A stretch of DNA of 64,000 nt from Phoronis australis (taxonomy: Eukaryota; Animalia; Phoronida), in assembly GCA_002633005.1 (NCBI GenBank), contig NMRA01000074.1, positions 593,464-657,463 of the forward strand. The letters are read 5' to 3'. This document shows positions 12,301 through 21,300 of the stretch, piece by piece. The translations under genes and the position numbers were made by a program. Every line of letters begins with the position of its first letter. The stretch's first letter is position 1. A model generated the notes under the pieces. That model searched no databases and had not been told where the DNA came from. It saw only the letters and a program-made list of their open reading frames with translations.

Positions 12301-15300
12301 AGAGGACCTACAGTCAGTGGTCAAAGTGTTCGAAGTCATGCGGCAGTGGCACCCAGACGAGAACGGTTTCGTGCAAAGACAACAAATGCTCGCACGGCTC
12401 AGTGGTAATAGACACAGCACAGTCTGCATTATCATGATAATTATCGTCATCGTGATCATCATCAATCATAATCATTATCATTACAATCATCATCGTCATC
12501 ACCATCGGCATCATCATCGTCACTTACACTGCCACCATAAACCCAGGACAACCACCACTAGATTCAACACCGTGACCATGACGACGATCACGAGGAGGAT
12601 GACGGTGAATGGTGATGGTATTAATGAGGATGATGAACATCATGTATTCATAATTGCAGTTTTCTTCGACATCGTCGATCACCATCGATCAAAAATACAT
12701 GATGATCACAACTGCCATATTGCCACCACCGCCATTACTATTACCATCGCTACCACCACCACCACCGTCACTACCGTTGTCAGCACCGGCATCTTTGTTA
12801 GTCTTATAAAGTAGATCACATGTTGGTAAAGACGACTTTGGCAGGAAAAAGAACAAGAGTTCCACCATCTGTTGTTGAATTGACATCCTCCTTGCTTGAC
12901 GTGTTTCAGATGATCAGTTTGGGGGAAATCCATTGCCGACAATTCCTAACAATTAGCGTTCTCATGATAAATGATGTAGTAGACAAGCTCGGATACAGAA
13001 TCTACGCTCATTGACTCTTAACGTGTGTCTACACTGTAGACTAGTTTTAAAGTAGTGACATATTAGGGCATATTGTGAACTTTTTATACGAAAGTCAGCA
13101 GGTTATGTAGAACTAAAAGTTTTAAATCTGAAAAAGTGCATATTTTCTCATATGAAAAAGCCTGCACAATTTTTAAATTTATATCGATCTGCCATTAATT
13201 GGGACACGTGACCATGTTTTTGTAAAAAGAGATGGAAATTCAATGCACAACAATCAACAACATGACCAAATTTCGTCTGATCTAAGTATTCAAAAGAATC
13301 TCGCATACGCTGCTACTGTATTCTGTATTTTCATAACTTTGCTTACATTTTTTATTTTATAGTAAAAATCAAGAAATTTCTACAGTATATATCTCATGCA
13401 TGAAAGGATTAATCAAAACAAAAAACACTCCCAAACGAATGTTTTGAACCATCATTTATAAAACTTTTATATGAATCCGAGTAGCAGATTCCTGAGGTTT
13501 GATGCTCCAAAACTATCTAAATTTGTATAGTTTTCTATGCTTCTATATATCTTAACCACACTCATTAGAATCAATATTCGGTATTTTCCTTTCGACGTTA
13601 TAATATAATGTAAATTTGTATGGAGCTTGAGAAACGTTTTTGACTCCAAATCTGCCTTCATCTTTTCTACCTTAAAACTTACAAGCGTGTGCATTGAAAG
13701 TTATATTTCTTTACTTCACTGTGACCATTCGTCACTTACTTCACTGCATGCCGTGTTCAAAAGGCCAACAGGCAAATTTGAAAATTTTTAGACATACTTT
13801 TGCTCCTTCATAGGCGATGCAGCAATAAAATAAGTGGGGGCTATCGCCCACCCCCCAAAACCCTCTGGCGCGCCACCTATGTGACCATGGGTGGCGCAGC
13901 ACTGGAATAAGTAGTGCCCGGCCCATGTTCTTGTCATTTCTTTAAACTTGGAGCCAGGAATCTGGGCCCCGGTTCTAGTCTTTTTACTCGAAATGGAAGT
14001 CGAAATGATGTTTGGCAATATCTACTCTACTTTTGTGCTAACTCAAGTGAAGTGTCTTTTATTCTATGCTCGAGTACTTAATGACTTACGTGAATAATTT
14101 TTTAGTCCGTAGTTTGCAGTTGATAAACCCAATATTAAGGCCAAAAACTCGATTTTGAACTAGAAATTTCGAGTCTTACTCAACTTTGAAGCACGAATAT
14201 ATGGGTCATCAAGTGCAAACTTGGACTAAAACCTCAGCACAGTCTAATAACCACTTATCTTGAGTTCGCACAAAAGTAGCAGAGAAATGGCCAACAACAA
14301 TTTTAAGTTCGTTTCGAGTACAAAGATACCAAGATTCCAAGCAACACACTTTTTAACCAATCATATCAACCTTACCTTAAAAGTCAGAGCCGTCGCCAAA
14401 GCGAGTCTACGTCATTGTCAAACGCACGCGCTATGATAAGTAAACTCTGCTCATTGTAGCCGAAAAACATAGATCACTCTATCACGAGACTGTCATTATA
14501 GTCAAGTGGCATAGAGAACTAATAGTTCTTAGTTCGAAGTGTGCACACTCAACGATTTAAATATTTAATTTTTTAGCAAGCGCCACCTAGTGACTTCCTG
14601 AAGAACTGTGTGTAAAAGTATAACCAAGAAAAGAAACAATTTAAACATATTTTGCGGTTTTAAAGAAAACACTCTCTTAAAAAAACTGTGAACATATAAA
14701 AATCCTAGTAATTCTAAATATCGTTATTAGATCGTGTAATAAACAAATAATAAAAATGGTTCCGTGTTTCATTAGGGTAACGATATGAAATATCACCGTA
14801 CTCATTTACATAAAATAGATTTAGTCTCGCAAAACTACACTTTCGCGAGATTGTAAAGGTAACTGGATCTCTGATGGTTTCCGACACACTGTTATTTGTA
14901 AATTAGTACTTCAATACATGTTTCCAATTTAATGAGACATATACATCTTTAATGCATTGAAGGAGAGTTGCGACGGAGACGATTACCAAGATATCATTGC
15001 CTATCCACATAACCTCGGAGTTTGACGGGATAGCTTAAGTGTTTCAGTTTATTCAAAAATATTTAAACCCTCCAAATGCGTTGCAAACCCTGATATTACT
15101 ATGTGTAGTAGTGTACGTGGTAGCGTCACGCGAATATCGTATCGAATGAGCACCAATTTAAAAGGGTACCAAACCCTGTGTTAATGATTTCAACCTATCG
15201 TCCTTTTGTCACCTGAAAATCCATCATTGGCGCCAATCTTGCAAGGTAACGACAGGACTAAATTAGAAATATGTCCTGTCCATCTCAAAAATTGGATATC

Positions 15301-18300
15301 ATGGTCCCTGGTGGGTGTCCTTTTCCCACGGTTGTAATTTGCTAAAAATGGTCACGCTTGCCTGTTTAGCGGACTTTAAAGTCGTTTTCAAAATTTCCTC
15401 CAAACTTTTGAGCGTTGTCGATGGTTACAGATCATTCTTTTGAATCAGAGAAATGGATAAGAAAGTCGTTAGTAGGCCAAAAACAGGTTTGGTATCCTTT
15501 TAACGTTCAAGTTCTTATGTGTATTCATTCCAGTGCATTGCTTGTGGAATTTCTTCCGGTAGGAATCTCGACCGTGCAACCTAGAAGCATGCGCAGCAAT
15601 GGCACCGCAAGGGTGGACATCATGGACGGAGTGGTCAAAATGCCCAGTCACGTGCGGAGCTTCCGGTCTACATTCGCGCGAGCGCACGTATAGATGTATA
15701 AACTGTGACGGACAGGATGAAATTCAAAGACAATCCAAAAGGTAATACACGCGTATTTTGGAAACTGGAGGACAATTGTTTCGATGTTTGTCTGAATAGT
15801 TGTGAATGAAAATTTAAACTCGCATGTTAGACTTGCTATCAAATGTCCATTTAACATCGAGCTCAACAAATTTTTGGACCGCAGTATACGCTCCCTGCAA
15901 TGCATATTGCATACTTTGAATGTCTGTGTGCTTCCCGGGTTCACCAGCACACGGATGCATGTTCCAATATGTTCTCGTAGCTTATTATTTTCACATGGCT
16001 TACTCAGTTGCGGCCTTGCACCATGTCCCGTCGACGGTATATGGACGCAGTGGTCGCAGTGGACGCCGTGCGACAAGTTGTGCGGAGGTGGAACGCAGTG
16101 TCGATTGCGGGAATGTGACAATCCAGCGCCGCAGAATGGCGGTGAAGATTGCACAGGTAAGATACACTGTACATGTAGGTTTTGAACTGATTTTTGCAAG
16201 ACTGGAAAATTATTTTAGCGCAAATTGCTTAGTGATTGATTCTTTTAAGATATCGCCTGTGTAGTTTTTTAACAATCAAGATAGACTGGAAAATTTGCTC
16301 TGTGTAGAGAGTATGATTCCTAGATGGGACTTATGGTACACATTGACTCTTCTACCACTGTGCATCCACTGGTACGAACGTTAAAATCGACACTGTACCA
16401 CGACGAATTTAGGGCGGAGGTGGGGTGATTGAAAAGAATGGTAAAAACCACGAGCTATGTGTAAAGCTTTTTAACAGCTTCTTTGTCATGTTCGCTACAG
16501 GGAGTCCCCGGGACGAGAGAACGTGCAACGTACAGCCATGCGCGGTTAATTACAAATATACATTATGGACGACTTGGTCTGACTGTTCAGTGACCTGCGG
16601 AGGTGGTCTGCGCTCGAGGAAGAGAACTTGCATACCACCCCAACACGGAGGCCTGGCCTGCCCCTCGGAGGGTCTGGAGCAGTCTGAAGCATGCCTTCAC
16701 AGGGTTAAGGATCAGTGCATCGGCACGTGGGCACCGTGGTCCGCGTGGTCCGATTGCTCGAAAAAGTGCGGCGGCGGTGTGGAGGTGATGACGCGCAAGT
16801 GCACGCGCGGAATGTCTTGTCCAATGGGGCCGCAAGAGCAGCAACGTTCATGCAACACACATCTTTGCGCCATTGATGGTAGCTGGAGCGCTTGGGGTCA
16901 CTGGGGACACTGCAGTGTCACGTGCAACAAGGGCATAAAGAAGCGCTCGCGTAAGTGCAACAACCCAACGCCCAGCCTCAACGGTCAAGAATGTCCTGGA
17001 CACAATAAGGAGGAGGACGATTGCTTCCTGCGTCAGTGTGATATCGACGGCATGTGGGGAAACTGGGAAAAATACGGCCCTTGTTCTGCCACTTGTGGCA
17101 TCGAAGGCATTCACCATCGCAAGCGCTTGTGTAACCACCCGGAGCCTTCGGGCAAAGGCAAGCTGTGTCAAGGCATTGAACAAGAGGAGGAACGTTGTAA
17201 CCAAGTACCATGTCCGATAATCAATCAGGATACTGCAATCAAGAAGGTTTGTAGGCGACACAGTTCTTCATGCACTAGTCATTGAACAAGTTGACAATGT
17301 ATCTGAAGCATACGAACTACGTTCATCGGCTTTAGGGATTGTCTAGGTCTAGATGTTGTATATGTGCATGGCTCAAGTTTTGTACGTGCACGATTCTAAG
17401 GTAGCATGTGTAAACACGTGCTCCGCTTGCAATTACATTGCGATATTGCGCGAAGTCTTTCGATTTCTTGTTTTGCTACCAAGTCTATGAACGCCAGGCT
17501 TTGTATTTTTTATCAGCGTTTTCAGCCAATGTTTCACTACAATGAAGCATTTTTAACTAAGATGCTCCTTGCAAGCATTCTTGGCGTGCTATGTTGCGTT
17601 AAAATTGCTACACTGGATTTCCCGGCATGATGTTAACAAGGAACTTATTTTTCTAGACCTCTGTAAAGAGTTCCACGGTGGCCATTAACGATACCCATAT
17701 TGAAGGTAAGCACGATTGTTTTCCAATTACTCTCACCCCTACAATGTTCTTATTACCATTATCATTGTCGTTATCGGTTATTCCGATGTTTGTATAGTTA
17801 TTTCTTACACGTCAACTATCTCTCAAAGCGTGTCAATTTGAGGACAAACCATTCATTATTTATGTAAAACTTGGTATAGACAGAAAGTGAACTAACAATC
17901 GAGGTCACAAACGCAGGCACTCGTAGCGCTTCAGTGTAATTTAAAGCTTCACTGAAAACTACTGTTTTAACCGAGCTTTATTGTCAGTGCAAAAACAGTT
18001 GCATGTAGATATGAACCTGCAAGGTTTGATGTTTAGCGGTTAATGAGGCTCGTTCAATGTCTTAAATTGGCACAAAACAAAAAGCAGGTATCTTTAATGT
18101 ACATGTCAGTGGCAGATCTACTTTTTAGTAAGGGAAGGGGGGGGGGNTCGCGTAGCGCCGAATGGACGGAAGGTCGGAGGGAGTTTCCTCCCTCCAGTGT
18201 AAGATTTTTTTGTGGTTTTTATTAGCTGATTAAGTTTTTCTGGAGGAATTTTTCCAATTTATATTTTTGATCCTGTCCCGAGAGGGTGGGGGTTTGAACC

Positions 18301-21300
18301 CCCTGAACTCCCCTGTAGATCTCCCTCTGCATGTGGTGATTAACAGATAAAGGACAAGGTGTTCTGTGTAATTCACACATGTACATGTGCGTCAGTGCAT
18401 CTGAGATGAACCCGTTACCGTTTCAGAATATATTCAGAAGGGCACCGTGGGCGTTCTTCGTTGTTTCGGTGGTAACGCAAAACTGCAATTGCAGGACCCC
18501 AAGACGCACTGGTATAACGCCAGACGCGAGCCGGTGGAGTTGGAGAGGGCCACAGTTCTTAAATCCGGCGATTTGAAGTTTAGCGACATACAAGCTGCCG
18601 ACAGTGGGCGCTACTATTGCAAAGTTCGTGGCGTCAATCGCGACGGAGACTACGTGAAACATGAAGTTGTTCATCAGCTCCAAGGCATGTCCCCCCTAAA
18701 ATTTTTCCGTATTCTATGTGGCAGTTTGGGGCTGCCAAAATCCTGGCTAATACTCTGTTCTGGCCCTCCTAACTCAAAATCCTGGATCTACCCCGTGTGT
18801 TCTAACCTCTAAACTGTTCTTCTGTCAAAGAGCTTCGAGTTTTACAATGTACGCTTAGAGTATACACTCTATTTAAAGTGTCTGTAAAATTTGTTTTTCA
18901 TCCAAGAAGCATACATGTACGCCATCAAATTAGTTTCAACGTGTTCCTTATTCAGTTGAGAAACGATTTTTGAGAACTGACAGTTTGTTATTCCTCTGGC
19001 ATTACCCGGCGCATAAAGTGACATGCCATAAAGAAAACAAACAAGCAGAATCTAACCTCCAGCCAATTATAACGCCCTGTGACTTCTTTCGAAGGGTTCT
19101 CATCACTTCCAGTTTGGGCAAGGAACAATTTCGGTTCAATTTCATGACAGTAAATACATGTAGTCTAAATCAAAAGTAGTTTATTATGGAATGCGGATTT
19201 ACTCTCCCGTAAAGTCTGTCATGTCTTATTTCAACAGTCTTCGTTATACCTGAAGTGAGCTTTGCAGTTGAATTTCGATACGACACATTAGCATGTGACA
19301 CGACACCAACGAAAAGGAAAGAAATGTACCTGAGAGAAACAATGAAGAAAATATGCCACGGCGACACCTGTCGTATGGAAAATTTAAAGACCAAATGCCA
19401 CGAAAGAATATTCAAGGTTTTGTAAAACTTTCTTTTTTTACTTGTGGCAGTTTTAAGAGACTAACCCCAAGTACTACTTTGTCTTAGTCATAAGTTGTGG
19501 GAGATTCCTGCCCAGTGTTCAACATAGTTGATGCGGCGCCACTCAAATTGTTATAAAATTGTAATCATTTAATTTTTTCTTTAAACAATAACAATATTAC
19601 CGTGTAGTAAGCAGAACACATTCGTAAACTACAGTATCAAAATCCGGACACCAACAAAAAACGAAACCGACATTCCAACCAGAAAACTACGTAATGCACA
19701 CTCTGCTCTTAGCGAGTGCACTAGACATTTTCTGGCAGGGAAATTCAAGCCAATCTTTACTTCTTACCAGCCAAGATAACGGTGTTACTTTTTCCCTTTA
19801 TTAATGTTCAACATGCATTGCTTGAAGCACGCTTATGGCTCTAATAAAATTACATGTTTAACTTCGACTTTTTCGCACAGCCGGGAACTTCCGTGCTTGG
19901 CGCGCAGATCTGGGTATCTTTGATTCTTCTACCCAGTCCCAACGATGTGCCACCACCCTGCCAGACTTCATGTAAGGAGAAGGTCATAGCGCAGCACCTT
20001 ATCACCGTGAGTATTTCCACTACATTCTCTTTGAAAGGGACTCGAAGCCCATCTTTGGCGAGTCCACCTACATGTAAAAGAGGTTCCGTCGTCAGTTATT
20101 ACAATATGTTCTTCCTGTTTGATATCTTTATTCGTTTCAAAATAATGACATTTAAATACCACAAATGGTACAAAAAACAGACAATTTGCAATAACACACA
20201 CACTGTACCGGGAAACTAGGTTTTGAAATCTCGGGATCGCAAATGCACCGTGCAATAATTTTGAAACAATATGTTCCAGAGCTATGAAAAGATTCACAAG
20301 TTTGTGACCGAAGATCAGAACCGCACCAATGATACCTTGTACGAGAAATCTTCACTGAGAAAGACGCTGCATGTGAACTGTCCCGGTGGATGGTATCACA
20401 GGAACATACGATGCCGTATGTTGGTTGTTTGATCGATTTTAGTTAGCGAAAATGTATCAAGTATCCAGTTGCAACACTGGTATCAGTGGGAGGCTTACCA
20501 TTCTCCACGAAACACTATACGTACTACTTGAACTCCGAGACTATTAATACAAGCAATTTACAGCCTTGTATTTAGTGCCAGCTACGATCCTTTACATCCC
20601 ATTCCAGAGCCTCGAACACCAAACGCGCAGTGGAAGTCCCTACGCCACCACTCCCTCCCTTAACTAGATCGTAGCTGGAAATCATGAGGCATACCCAGCA
20701 TGCGCGAACCCAGCCTAAAAATGTGGGCTTAAATTTTTGATAATGTGGACGTTTTATTCAGATTCACGGGGTATGTTCAAAGATATGAATTGTGTATTCG
20801 CTGAATTTTGGTAGTTCCTACCTTTTTAGTGAACTTTTGTTTCGTAATCTACTTTTTTGTGTTTTCGTTTCACTGAGGTCTAACTTTTTGCCCACTTTGT
20901 CAAATTAGGGGGCTCCTTCGAGCCCTCCCCCGTGGGTGCGTGCATCCCCAGGTCACTGTTTCCACCCCTTTTATGTAATTGGTGGTCTTGAAATTATGTT
21001 ACAGTTTTTTGAGTAACATGACGATATAACCAATATTTTTGACGTAAAGGATAAGGTTCTGCTTTAAATTGTTGCATTTCATTTTTGCAGTCTCATGCGA
21101 CCCAGGGTTTTACAGCAGGCACGGCTACAGTGAATGCGTTCCCTGTCTTGTTGGCTCCTTTCAACCGGAGAGGGCACAATCGAAGTGCATTAACTGCACA
21201 ACCAACTACACCACGGCGCACGTCGGCAGCACGGATGGAACAGACTGCGTAGGTAAGTTCTAGCCAAGCTGTTGTTTCCAAGAAACACCAAATGACAAAA

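Noticed and set aside
12244-12942. His/Thr/Met-rich ORFs
   Set aside because: Trinucleotide repeat artefacts inside the intron following the 12404 donor.
16425-17285. Assigning the genes to hemicentin, SCO-spondin, semaphorin-5 or ADAMTS on the basis of TSP1 arrays
   Set aside because: No vWA/vWD, Sema, long Ig array or metalloprotease domain. The overall architecture fits none of these, so no gene symbol is given.
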